Shown in pieces: positions 9,657 to 18,978 of a stretch of DNA of 36,054 nucleotides (within the stretch, counting starts at the first letter, position 1; every line of letters starts with the position of its first letter). Origin of the DNA: Patescibacteria group bacterium (lineage in GTDB: Bacteria > Patescibacteriota > Patescibacteriia > WFTA01 > S139-112); contig WFTA01000033.1 in assembly GCA_015485715.1 (NCBI GenBank), positions 1-36,054 on the forward strand, in the 5' to 3' direction. The notes under the pieces are model-generated. The model saw nothing but the letters and a program-made list of their open reading frames with translations. It had not been told where the DNA came from and ran no database searches. Position numbers and translations under genes: made by a program.

Positions 9657-12600
9657 ATGTTTTATAAATCAAAAAAGCAATTTAATATCAGGAAAATTTT
9701 TCAGGTAATTGCAGTATTTACTGTTGCAACATTTGTGATAATAAATACTGTATATGGGAGCAGTACTAAATACACAATGATCGCAGTCAATGATGCTGGA
9801 TCTAAAGACAGTCAGTTTTTTCAGTATAATGAAAATACTGATCTGTATGAGGTGCTGGGCCCTGAGTATGATAATTATGACATAGAGGCAAGTGATATAG
9901 ATCCTTCAACAGGAATACTTTATGCTGTATCAGGCGGTGATGGAACATCTGCATCAGGAGGACTGTTATATCAGGTGGATAAAACAACCGGAAGCCTGAC
10001 TACAATTGGTAAGGTAAATGTAACAGGTACTGATGAAATTGTGTCTGCTTCATTTGGACCTGATGGATATTTGTGGGTATTTCAGGAAGATGTGGGTCTC
10101 TGGAGAGTAAATGTATCCAATGCACAGGCTGAATTTATATGGAAAGTTACAGGATCAGGTATAGGAGATAACTGGGAAGGGCTTGCGTGGGATTTGGATG
10201 GCAAGTATTTATATGGCTCTGACGGAACCAAACTGTACAGGTATGATCCGTCAGCCAAATCTGCATCGCCGGTATGCAATAATCTTCCTTATCCTACAGA
10301 AGCTCTGGAGTTTAGGCCTGATGGTCAGCTGGTAGGCGGATGGCATTCACCAACCGATACATCAATGTCAGTGTTTTATATTGATATTGATTCTTGTAAT
10401 ATTTCGCCTGCCAATTATAAAATACCATATACAGATATAGAGACTTTAACTTATGATATTCCTGCAGATAATATAACAGAGCTTACAGTATTACCTTTGG
10501 CAGGATGTGTAGGAAATGGAACCTTGTTTGTATATAATAATCAGTTTGACTTACTTGATACAGAATTTACAGTACCTGCAGGAAATGATGAGCTGTTGAT
10601 ATTTAAAAGAAAGAAAACTAAGATTGACATTGAAGTAAATGATGTTAATGTAAGTCCAGTTAAAGTTGTAGATAAAGGATTTGCAGAAGTGCTTAGAGTA
10701 GATGTAACAGGAGGAGATACTGTGAAAGTATATGCCTCCAATTCATATAATACTGCTCGTTATGTACAAGGATATCTAACCCAAAACAGCGCAGAGCCAG
10801 TATACGATATTTCAACTTTTGAGCTGGAGGTTGGTGAAAATATTACATACACTTCATATTTGAGTGAGGGAAATTTTGACTATGTAATATTTGATAAATA
10901 TAGTTATTTTGACGACAAAAGTCCTGACAGCAGGGAAGTTGCGGTTAGCATTGATGGAGACTCAACTATTTATTCTCAATCGTTTTCATCACCATATCCT
11001 GAAGGTACGGAGGGTGTTGTTGTTGACCGATTTACTGTTTCAGAGTCGGGAAATTATACATTTAATATAACCAATGAAGATAGCATCTACACTGTATTTT
11101 TTAAGTGCCCGGTACCACCACAGGATCCTTGTGCAGAAAATCAAAAGCCAAATCCTGTTATAACATACAATAAATTGTCGGGCATGGTGGGTGATACATT
11201 TGAATTTTCTGCGTCTTCTTCTTCTGATCCTGACGGAGACAGTCTGGATTATTACTGGTATGTAGAGGGAGATAGTACCTCATATCCCGGAGTAGATTTC
11301 ACATTTACACCTACTGTTGCAGGAGAATACACAATAGTTCTAACAGCAGGTGACGGATGCGGGTATGAGGCTACTTCAGTGAAAATCAATGTTGAGGATA
11401 CACCTGCTGATGTTTGCAGGCTTGAGATAGAGAAAACAGCAAACAAAAACTATGTATATCCCGGAGATAATCTTACCTATTATGTAAATTTTGAGAACAC
11501 AGGCACAGCAGACTGTTCAAATGTCAAATTTGTGGATTTTTATGATACCCAGACATCCTTTGACAGCTCAACACCAAGTCCATCTGCAGATGATGATAAA
11601 TGGTATTTTGGAACACTGTCTCCTGATAAAAGAAAGACTGTTGAAATTTCAGTTGATGTTTCTTCAGATGCAAAAGATGGGGACAAAATTACAAATAAGG
11701 CATGTGTGTGGGCTCAAGAACTTGGAGATAAGTCAGATCCTGATAATTGGGTATGTGATGAAGTTGACGTATATGTAATCAAAGAGCCTCCAGTTGATCC
11801 ATGCGCTGGAAACTCAAAACCTCAGGCTGTTATAGATCCTGATCAGCTTAATATAACACTTGGCGAAGATGCTGTTTTCTCAGGCAAGTATTCAAACGAT
11901 CCAGACGGAGATAGTCTTACATACAGCTGGGAAGTTGTAGGTACATCTTTTACCAGCAGCAACAAAGATTTTGTATTTACTCCTTTAAATAGCGGAAATT
12001 ATACAGTAAAGCTTACGGTTTCTGATCAATGCTTTTCTTCAACAGCAGAAGCAGATTTACAGGTAAATACACCCAAACCACCTGATGTATGTGCAGGAAA
12101 CAGTGATCCGGTTGTGGTTATAAATCCTGATAATATCAAAGTGAGTCAGGGAGAGAGTATTTACTTTACATCTGATGGTACATACGATCCTGATGGAGAC
12201 AGTCTTACATACAGCTGGGAAGTAGTAGGTACTGTATTTAGCGGATCAGGTAAAGATTTTACTTATAATACAACGGGAGGAGGCAGTTATACAGTAAGAC
12301 TTACAGTCTCAGACGGATGTACGGCTAAGCAGGCTGAAGCAAAAGTGCAGGTAGATGCACCCAAACCTCCTGATGAATGTGCAGGAAATTTCCCTCCTGA
12401 AGCTGATGCCGGCCAAGATATCAAGGTAAATGTTGGGGATATTTTCACTTTAGATGCAACAGGATCTACTGATAAAGACGGAGATGTGTTGTCATATAAA
12501 TGGACACTGCCAGAGCTTGGTCTTACTTTTTACACAGCTACAGCTACAGCTACAGCAACCAAAGAGGGAGTATTTACTGCCAATCTGACTGTAGTTGATG

Positions 12601-12851
12601 GATGTGCTAGTGATAACGATTCGCTTAAAATCACTTCAGAGAAAAAGGCAGAACCTCCTGTTCCGCCCACACCACCCAAGCCAAGAGAGCCTGAAGTAAA
12701 AGGTACAACTACTGCAGTATTTGTACCTCCTAAAAAAACTCCTCGTGCTGGAAGCGCATTACCTGTTATGGAAATTATTGTTGGTATTCTAACTGGTACT
12801 TATACATCTGCCAGATTTTATCTTAAGAATAAGAGAAAAATAAATATATAG
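9657..12851 (+). CDS. Large surface protein: beta-propeller-like N-terminus, four PKD-like repeats, DUF11-like domain, sortase-type sorting signal
   Basis: Repeated S.DPDGD.L.Y.W...G.Y.V.LTV.D; C-terminus TPRAG + hydrophobic stretch + KNKRK; ATG 9657 preferred to TTG 9624. Confidence 0.8.
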   Translation: MFYKSKKQFNIRKIFQVIAVFTVATFVIINTVYGSSTKYTMIAVNDAGSKDSQFFQYNENTDLYEVLGPEYDNYDIEASDIDPSTGILYAVSGGDGTSASGGLLYQVDKTTGSLTTIGKVNVTGTDEIVSASFGPDGYLWVFQEDVGLWRVNVSNAQAEFIWKVTGSGIGDNWEGLAWDLDGKYLYGSDGTKLYRYDPSAKSASPVCNNLPYPTEALEFRPDGQLVGGWHSPTDTSMSVFYIDIDSCNISPANYKIPYTDIETLTYDIPADNITELTVLPLAGCVGNGTLFVYNNQFDLLDTEFTVPAGNDELLIFKRKKTKIDIEVNDVNVSPVKVVDKGFAEVLRVDVTGGDTVKVYASNSYNTARYVQGYLTQNSAEPVYDISTFELEVGENITYTSYLSEGNFDYVIFDKYSYFDDKSPDSREVAVSIDGDSTIYSQSFSSPYPEGTEGVVVDRFTVSESGNYTFNITNEDSIYTVFFKCPVPPQDPCAENQKPNPVITYNKLSGMVGDTFEFSASSSSDPDGDSLDYYWYVEGDSTSYPGVDFTFTPTVAGEYTIVLTAGDGCGYEATSVKINVEDTPADVCRLEIEKTANKNYVYPGDNLTYYVNFENTGTADCSNVKFVDFYDTQTSFDSSTPSPSADDDKWYFGTLSPDKRKTVEISVDVSSDAKDGDKITNKACVWAQELGDKSDPDNWVCDEVDVYVIKEPPVDPCAGNSKPQAVIDPDQLNITLGEDAVFSGKYSNDPDGDSLTYSWEVVGTSFTSSNKDFVFTPLNSGNYTVKLTVSDQCFSSTAEADLQVNTPKPPDVCAGNSDPVVVINPDNIKVSQGESIYFTSDGTYDPDGDSLTYSWEVVGTVFSGSGKDFTYNTTGGGSYTVRLTVSDGCTAKQAEAKVQVDAPKPPDECAGNFPPEADAGQDIKVNVGDIFTLDATGSTDKDGDVLSYKWTLPELGLTFYTATATATATKEGVFTANLTVVDGCASDNDSLKITSEKKAEPPVPPTPPKPREPEVKGTTTAVFVPPKKTPRAGSALPVMEIIVGILTGTYTSARFYLKNKRKINI

Positions 12852-12880
12852 CCTGTAAGTTTATTTATTCAAATAGATAT

Positions 12881-13693
12881 ATGGAACAGATGTTTTATGG
12901 AAATGTCAAAAGCGATTATCAAACTGCAAAGACGAGGCAGATAAAGCTTTTGTTCCTAAGTTTTCTGGTGGGAGCTGTGATGTTTGCAGGTGGCATGTTT
13001 GCTACTTTTGGAATAAAAGCCGCTTTTGAGATGATGAATGAAAGGGAAGTGGTAAATTCAGAAAATCTTAAAGAGGTGGAAAGAAAGACTCCTTTGATTG
13101 ATTTGACTAAAATAGATACAGATAAAGACGGGCTTTCTGACTGGTTTGAAATGACTTATGGTCTTGACAGGTATAATGCAGATACTGATTTTGACGGATA
13201 TAAAGACGGATCAGAGCTTGCTTATGGATATGATCCTACAGGCCTTGGCAGATATAAAGCTGAGATTGTGATAGATAAGATAGGCGTCAAAGCTCCTGTT
13301 GTGTTTGCCAAATCCAGAAAAGAAGCAGATATACAGGATGCAATGGCAAAAGGCGTGGCACATTATCCGGGAACCTCTGTGCCGGGAGCTAAAGGCAATA
13401 TCTATATCACCGGTCATTCATCTGATTTTGCATGGACAAAGGGTGAGTATAAGAAGGTGTTTAGAAATATATACAAGCTGGAAAATGGTGATATAGTTAA
13501 GATAAATATCAATCTTAAAAATGGCAAGGTTATAGAATATAGATATAAGGTTTATAAAAAGTATGTAGTTCCGGTTGATGATAAAGGAGTTTGGTTTGCA
13601 GACAGAGATGGATCGATATTAACCCTTGTCACCTCATGGCCTTTGGATACCACCAGAGAAAGAATGGTGGTAAGAGGATATTTAATTGAATAG
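12881..13693 (+). CDS. Sortase-family protein with TSP3-like Ca-binding repeats; catalytic Cys replaced by Ser
   Basis: GVAHYPGT..PG..GN.YI.GHSS and LTLVTSWP...R; DTDKDGLSD.E / DTDFDGYKDG.E repeats. Confidence 0.85.
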   Translation: MEQMFYGNVKSDYQTAKTRQIKLLFLSFLVGAVMFAGGMFATFGIKAAFEMMNEREVVNSENLKEVERKTPLIDLTKIDTDKDGLSDWFEMTYGLDRYNADTDFDGYKDGSELAYGYDPTGLGRYKAEIVIDKIGVKAPVVFAKSRKEADIQDAMAKGVAHYPGTSVPGAKGNIYITGHSSDFAWTKGEYKKVFRNIYKLENGDIVKININLKNGKVIEYRYKVYKKYVVPVDDKGVWFADRDGSILTLVTSWPLDTTRERMVVRGYLIE

Positions 13694-13697
13694 AAAT

Positions 13698-14378
13698 ATG
13701 GAGCATAATGATTTATCAAATCAAAATTTAGTGGAACAGGGTCCAAAAGACAAGTTTAGAATGTTATTGCGTAAGTATTTAAATCCATTTTTATTATCAA
13801 TACTAATGGCTGTTACGAGTTTACCAAAGAAAGCTGAAGGATACAGTGGTGAAGTAATAAGTTTGAAAAATAAATCATCACAAACCACCTATATTGTAGG
13901 AGAGGGGAAGGAAGAGGCAGATGAAAATGAACAAGCTCCATTGGAGGAAACATACAGGAAATTACACGCTAAAATTGATAGCCTAAAAGAAAATTTGGAT
14001 AAAAGAATAAGAAATAGGGAAGCCTTAAACCCTGAAATTGAAGATCTTATGCATGATTTGAAATCTGTATTGGATTTAATGGATGAAATGGTGAAAAATG
14101 GAGAAAAAACTCATAAGTTATTTGAAAACAAATATGAAAATTTAGCTGAGTTGATAGTAATATCTTATTTTATTATAAGTATATTGTCCGGATATCTATG
14201 GTTTATGGGTAATTTCAGGGAGAGAGCAAAAGAAAGAGCAAAGCAAAAGTTGAAAGATAGTATACAAACATTACAGGAAATGTTAGAATATGATACAGAT
14301 AAGGAGATTAGAAGAGATGAAATTATACGCTTGATTGTATATATGTATATAATACTTAAAACAATTGAAGAGTTGTAA
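13698..14378 (+). CDS. Hypothetical coiled-coil membrane protein
   Basis: Long AT-rich ORF with hydrophobic segments; no recognised motif; start uncertain. Confidence 0.55.
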   Translation: MEHNDLSNQNLVEQGPKDKFRMLLRKYLNPFLLSILMAVTSLPKKAEGYSGEVISLKNKSSQTTYIVGEGKEEADENEQAPLEETYRKLHAKIDSLKENLDKRIRNREALNPEIEDLMHDLKSVLDLMDEMVKNGEKTHKLFENKYENLAELIVISYFIISILSGYLWFMGNFRERAKERAKQKLKDSIQTLQEMLEYDTDKEIRRDEIIRLIVYMYIILKTIEEL

Positions 14379-14456
14379 TTGCTAAAAATATCAAAATGAG
14401 TTGATTGTTTTGTGTAAATAACTTCTATTGTAAATAGAATGAATAGGGCTATTTAT

Positions 14457-14579
14457 ATGGAAAAAGGGTTTGAAAAGAGGGAAGGACAGTATAATTTATT
14501 GTTAGAATTGGTAAGGAATACAGCTTACCTGCCTTTTATGTTTTTGAGGTGGATTTGGAAGAATATAAGAGGAAAATAG
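14457..14579 (+). CDS. Possible 40-aa small protein
   Basis: Manual translation MEKGFEKREGQYNLLLELVRNTAYLPFMFLRWIWKNIRGK; purine-rich coding-like strand only. Confidence 0.3.
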   Translation: MEKGFEKREGQYNLLLELVRNTAYLPFMFLRWIWKNIRGK

Positions 14580-14599
14580 GAAAATATAGGGTAAAAAAG

Positions 14600-14645
14600 T
14601 TATCCACAGGTTTTATTTGACAATATTTTGATGTTTTGATAATCT
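14600..14645 (+). promoter_or_regulatory. DnaA box plus sigma70-type promoter
   Basis: TTATCCACA 14600-14608; TTGACA(14617-14622)-17 nt-TAATCT(14640-14645). Confidence 0.55.
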
Positions 14646-14648
14646 ACA

Positions 14649-14700
14649 AATGTCCCTTCGGGGACATTCCCCTTGCCTTCGGGCGAGGGGTTTTTATTTT
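14649..14700 (+). ncRNA. Candidate ~45-50 nt RNA of two cUUCGg hairpins, the second an intrinsic terminator
   Basis: AATGTCCC-TTCG-GGGACATT then CCCCTTGCC-TTCG-GGCGAGGGG-TTTTTATTTT, immediately after a promoter. Confidence 0.5.
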
Positions 14701-14747
14701 GACAATAATTAGCTATAATAAGGCTGGCAGAGCATTAATCCATTATT

Positions 14748-16283
14748 ATGTTTTCTTTTGATGTGAAAAAACTGAGTATTTGGAAGATATTTACTGATCA
14801 GGAAACAAAGGAGAGATTTGTATACAGATTTTTTGAGATTATGCCCGGTTTTCTGGTATGGACTTCATTTGCAGTGCTTTTTGTGTTGTCTTTTATAAAG
14901 CCTGTGTGGGTGATATATTTTATTTTGGTTTATTCTATACTGTGGCTGGTCAGAGTATTTTATTTTATTTTCTATGTTTTTGTTTCTTGGAAAAAATATA
15001 GAGAAGAGATAAAAACAGACTGGATGAAGAAAGTTCAGAGTATTAAAGGATGGGAGAGGGTGTATCATGCAGTATTTCTGCCCACATATAAAGAGCCTTA
15101 TGAGGTAATCAGGCATACTTTTGAAGGGCTAAAATCATGTACTTACCCTAAAGATAAAATTATTGTGATTTTGGGAGGAGAAGGAAGAGCGGGGAAGGAT
15201 TTTTTGGAGAGAGCTGAAAAGATAAAAAAAGAGTATGAAGGTGTTTTCAAAGATCTCATCATCACAGTCCATCCGCCTGATATTCCGGGCGAGATAGTGG
15301 GCAAAGGATCCAATGTTCATTATATGGGTGTGCAGTTTAAAAAATATGTAGATGAGAAACTCAAGATTCCCTATGAAGATATCATTGTCTCTTCTTTTGA
15401 TATAGATACTGTAGTGCATCCGCAGTATTTTGCCAGATTAACCTATGCATATCTCACAGAGGAAAATCCGCTCAGGGCAAGTTATCAGCCGTTAGCTTTG
15501 TATAATAACAACATCTGGGAGTCTTACAGCTTTACAAGAGTGGTTGCCAATTCAACCACTTTCTGGCTGATGACAGAGTTATCCCGTCCTGAGCAGTTTA
15601 TGACTTTTTCTTCTCATTCTATGCCTTTTAAGGCGTTGGTTGATGTGGGTTTTTGGCAGAAGGATATAGTAACAGAGGATTCGCGCATATTCCTGCAGTG
15701 TTTCCTCAAGTATAATGGTGATTACAGATTGGTTCCTATCTATATACCTGTATCTATGGATACTGTATCTGTGAAAAGTTTTTGGCGCACTATCAAAAAT
15801 CAGTATAAACAGATGCAGAGATGGGCGTGGTCTGTAGAGCATCAGCCGTACCTGATAACTAATTTTATCAAGAACAAGTACATACCCCTGCAGGTTAAAT
15901 TGAGATATCTGTGGAAAGTAATTGAGGGACAGTATTCATGGGCTACTGCTACTATATTTTTACTTGTCTTCACAAGACTTCCTCTCTATATCACCCATGT
16001 TCGCGGAGAAACTTTTGCTTTAGTTCAAAATGCGCCGCTTATGATAGATACTCTTCTTACTTTTGCAATGGTTGGTATGTTTGTAACAGCTTTTTTTAAT
16101 ATTTTACTTTTACCCGGACCTCCTCCTAAAAATGCTGTTTTAAAGTATTTTACCATTGTCCTGCAGTGGATATTGTTACCCGTAACTTTGATAGTTTTTG
16201 GTGCTATACCAGCAATAGATGCCCAAACCAGACTTATGACAGGCAAATATTTAGGATTTTGGAATACAGAAAAAACCAGATAG
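14748..16283 (+). CDS. Membrane glycosyltransferase family 2 (processive type)
   Basis: LPTYKE, FDID, VTED and QMQRW (D,D,D,QxxRW) motifs; flanking TM helices. Confidence 0.85.
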   Translation: MFSFDVKKLSIWKIFTDQETKERFVYRFFEIMPGFLVWTSFAVLFVLSFIKPVWVIYFILVYSILWLVRVFYFIFYVFVSWKKYREEIKTDWMKKVQSIKGWERVYHAVFLPTYKEPYEVIRHTFEGLKSCTYPKDKIIVILGGEGRAGKDFLERAEKIKKEYEGVFKDLIITVHPPDIPGEIVGKGSNVHYMGVQFKKYVDEKLKIPYEDIIVSSFDIDTVVHPQYFARLTYAYLTEENPLRASYQPLALYNNNIWESYSFTRVVANSTTFWLMTELSRPEQFMTFSSHSMPFKALVDVGFWQKDIVTEDSRIFLQCFLKYNGDYRLVPIYIPVSMDTVSVKSFWRTIKNQYKQMQRWAWSVEHQPYLITNFIKNKYIPLQVKLRYLWKVIEGQYSWATATIFLLVFTRLPLYITHVRGETFALVQNAPLMIDTLLTFAMVGMFVTAFFNILLLPGPPPKNAVLKYFTIVLQWILLPVTLIVFGAIPAIDAQTRLMTGKYLGFWNTEKTR

Positions 16284-16318
16284 TTGCATTATTTTTGAAA
16301 ATATGTTAATTTATATAC

Positions 16319-16338
16319 AGCCTTTTCAGAGGCTTTTT
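16319..16338 (+). terminator. Weak intrinsic terminator-like hairpin
   Basis: AGCCT-TTTCAG-AGGCT followed by a T run. Confidence 0.35.
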
Positions 16339-16357
16339 AAAATTGGATTTAGAATAT

Positions 16358-16567
16358 ATGCAGGAAAATCAGTCTATATGGTCTAGGATTGTAAATTATG
16401 TTAAAGAGTCAAAAGCAGAACTTAAGAAAGTTCAGTGGCCCACTAAAAGAGAAACTGTAAATTATACCATACTGGTCATCGCTATATCTTTGGGCGTAGC
16501 TATATATTTAGGTGCTATTGATTATATTCTTAATATAATTTTGGAGAAAGTTATTTTAGGGAATTAA
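16358..16567 (+). CDS. secE: Preprotein translocase subunit SecE
   Basis: ELKKVQWPT motif, one TM helix, upstream of nusG. Confidence 0.93.
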   Translation: MQENQSIWSRIVNYVKESKAELKKVQWPTKRETVNYTILVIAISLGVAIYLGAIDYILNIILEKVILGN

Positions 16568-16577
16568 TAAGTACTAT

Positions 16578-17123
16578 ATGCCAAAGCAAGTACAAAACCA
16601 AGGAGTAAGATGGTATGCCATCCATACTTATTCAGGGTACGAAGAAAGTGTAGCCAGAAATTTAATGCAAAGGGTTCAGACAATGGGCATGGAAGATAAA
16701 ATATTTGAAGTTTTGGTGCCAACTGAGATAAGGTATAAGATAAAAAACGGCAAGAGAGTGAAGGTGAGAGAAAAGATTTTCCCGGGTTATGTATTGGTAA
16801 AGATGATAGTTACAGATGATTCATGGTATGTAGTACGAAATACACCTCATGTCACAGGATTTATAGGTTCTGGTGTTATCCCGACTCCTTTATCTGATGA
16901 AGAGATAAGAAGTCTGGAAAAGAGAATGGGTATGGAAGAGCCCAAGTATGATATCAATGTATCAAAGGGCACACCCGTAAGGATTGTAGACGGACCCTTT
17001 AAAGATCAGGAAGGGGTTGTATCTGATATAGATGAGATGAGAGGCAAAGTTAAGGTTATGATATCTATGTTTGGAAGAGAGACTCCAGTGGAGCTCGATT
17101 ATCTACAGATTAAAAAGTTATAA
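16578..17123 (+). CDS. nusG: Transcription termination/antitermination factor NusG
   Basis: [21 protein letters not shown] motif, FGRETPVEL. Confidence 0.98.
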   Translation: MPKQVQNQGVRWYAIHTYSGYEESVARNLMQRVQTMGMEDKIFEVLVPTEIRYKIKNGKRVKVREKIFPGYVLVKMIVTDDSWYVVRNTPHVTGFIGSGVIPTPLSDEEIRSLEKRMGMEEPKYDINVSKGTPVRIVDGPFKDQEGVVSDIDEMRGKVKVMISMFGRETPVELDYLQIKKL

Positions 17124-17137
17124 TTAACACATTTAAT

Positions 17138-17563
17138 ATGGCCAAAAAGGTGACAGCAGTTATTAAATTACAAATTCCAGCAGGCCAGGCATCAGCGGCG
17201 CCACCTGTGGGTCCTGCTTTGGGTCAGCATGGTTTAAATATTCAAGAGGTTGTTAATAAATTCAATGAAGAGACACAAGACAAGAGGGGAGATATTATAC
17301 CTGTAGTAATAACAGTGTATGAGGACAGATCATACGATATGGTCTTCAAAACTCCACCTGCATCAAGTCTATTAGCCAAAGCTGCTGGGATTCAGAAAGG
17401 ATCAGGTAAGCCTTTAGCTGAAAAAGTCGGAAAAGTAACAAAAGCTCAGATAAGGGAGATAGCTGAGAAGAAAATGCCTGACCTAAACACGGATGATATT
17501 GAAGCAGCTATGAGAACAATAGAAGGAACTGCCAGACAAATGGGTATTGTTGTAGAGGATTAA
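17138..17563 (+). CDS. rplK: 50S ribosomal protein L11
   Basis: [20 protein letters not shown]; KMPDLN; GTARQMG. Confidence 0.98.
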   Translation: MAKKVTAVIKLQIPAGQASAAPPVGPALGQHGLNIQEVVNKFNEETQDKRGDIIPVVITVYEDRSYDMVFKTPPASSLLAKAAGIQKGSGKPLAEKVGKVTKAQIREIAEKKMPDLNTDDIEAAMRTIEGTARQMGIVVED

Positions 17564-17588
17564 TGTTGTTTAAAATTATATTTAAAAT

Positions 17589-17936
17589 ATGAAAACTAAA
17601 ACTGTAAGGATTATATATTTGTATCTTTTTTCTTTAGTAGGTTTGGTAATGGTTGTTATAGGTTCTGCAAGACTTGTGGATTTAGCACTCAGGACTTGGA
17701 TATTTACAGAGGCAGATAAAGATTATTCTTACATTGCCCCTGTTCCTGTATATCCTCCTGACGCAACATCCACAAAAGAAGTAGTAGAAAGAGTGGATTA
17801 TACTACCAGAAAAAGACATAGAGATTTATCATCATCGCTGGCGCAGATAATAATCGGCTTTCCTCTTTATCTTTATCATTGGAGATTGGTGAAGAGGGAG
17901 CATGAAGAAAATAAGAAAGAAGAGAAACAAGTATAA
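17589..17936 (+). CDS. Small two-TM membrane protein (DUF5671-like)
   Basis: IYLYLFSLVGL...IIGFPLYLYHWR pattern. Confidence 0.65.
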   Translation: MKTKTVRIIYLYLFSLVGLVMVVIGSARLVDLALRTWIFTEADKDYSYIAPVPVYPPDATSTKEVVERVDYTTRKRHRDLSSSLAQIIIGFPLYLYHWRLVKREHEENKKEEKQV

Positions 17937-17950
17937 TTAAAAACAGTGGT

Positions 17951-18604
17951 ATGGAGTACGATAAGAATAAAAAATATTCTATTCAGGACGCAATAAAAAT
18001 AATCAAAGAAGTATCACCCAAGAGAAATTTTGACGAATCTGTGGAGGTGCATATAGTGCTTGGCATAGATCCTAAAAAAGGAGATCAACAGGTAAGGGGC
18101 ACTGTATCTCTACCTCATGGCACTGGTAAGGATGTAAAAGTTGCTGTATTTGCAGAAGGAGAAGATGCAAAAAAGGCATCTGATGCTGGAGCAGATGTGG
18201 TGGGAGGACAGGAGCTTATAGATGAGATTAAACATAAAGGGGCTATAGATTTTGATGTGGCTGTCGCTCATCCTTCTATGATGCCTAAGATTGCACAGAT
18301 AGCTAAGATTTTGGGTCCCAAAGGACTTATGCCTTCACCTAAAGACGGAACTGTGGTAGAAAATGTTGCCAAAGCTGTGGAGGAGGTTAAAAAAGGGAAA
18401 ATATCTTTTAAAAATGATGACACTGGTAATTTACACTCCCTCATAGGAAAAAGATCTTTTGACGATCAGAAGCTTGTGGAAAACTTTGAGGCTTTTATTG
18501 ATGCTGTTAGAAAGTCCAAACCTTCTTCGTCCAAGGGAATATTTCTAAGAAGAGTGTATATATCAACAACAATGGGCCCGTCAGTAGAAGTAGAAGTAGG
18601 ATAA
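17951..18604 (+). CDS. rplA: 50S ribosomal protein L1
   Basis: FDESVE, RGTVSLPHGTGK, LGPKGLMP.PK.GT, STTMGP. Confidence 0.98.
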   Translation: MEYDKNKKYSIQDAIKIIKEVSPKRNFDESVEVHIVLGIDPKKGDQQVRGTVSLPHGTGKDVKVAVFAEGEDAKKASDAGADVVGGQELIDEIKHKGAIDFDVAVAHPSMMPKIAQIAKILGPKGLMPSPKDGTVVENVAKAVEEVKKGKISFKNDDTGNLHSLIGKRSFDDQKLVENFEAFIDAVRKSKPSSSKGIFLRRVYISTTMGPSVEVEVG

Positions 18605-18611
18605 ACTATAA

Positions 18612-18902
18612 GTTAATTTTTAATTTTCAAATTTTCAATAAATTACCTAAACAATTCCAAATACCAAAACCCCAATAACAAATCAAATCCCAAATCCAAA
18701 TGACAAATAACAATAATAATGATAGTTTGGGCTTTGGAATTTGACATTTATAGATTGGGTTATTGGAAAATTGATTAGAGTAATTGATTTAAAAATTAAA
18801 GAATTAGATATTATTTAACCCTAAACCACATGGGATTTAGGGCTGTCTAGAACCCCACGTGGTTCTGGGTAAAAATTATAAAATTACAAAATTAAAAATT
18901 AT
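18612..18902 (+). repeat. Full-length AT-rich heptamer cassette with nested inverted repeats
   Basis: Matches 136-285 directly and 23960-24150 as reverse complement. Confidence 0.75.
18818..18870. repeat. GC-rich double-hairpin insertion within the cassette
   Basis: CCCTAAA..TTTAGGG and AGAACC..GGTTCT hairpins, both with CCAC(A/G)TGG; the uninterrupted host GATATTATTTATAAAATT is seen at 25611. Confidence 0.6.
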
Positions 18903-18978
18903 TGTTGGTTCTTGGGATATTGATTAGTGTAATTAGAGTTAATTAAGGTTATTAATTTTGCATTTTGAATTTTTATTT

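Noticed and set aside
11900-12560. DNA repeats inside the PKD gene, including (ACAGCT)n
   Set aside because: Explained by domain duplication and an in-frame Thr-Ala run; no phase-variation signal.
14600-14608. Replication origin
   Set aside because: Single dispersed DnaA boxes, no cluster and no dnaA/dnaN nearby.
14699-14719. Second promoter TTGACA...TATAAT before the GT2 gene
   Set aside because: The spacer is only 9 nt; the -10 alone may work but the pair is not canonical.
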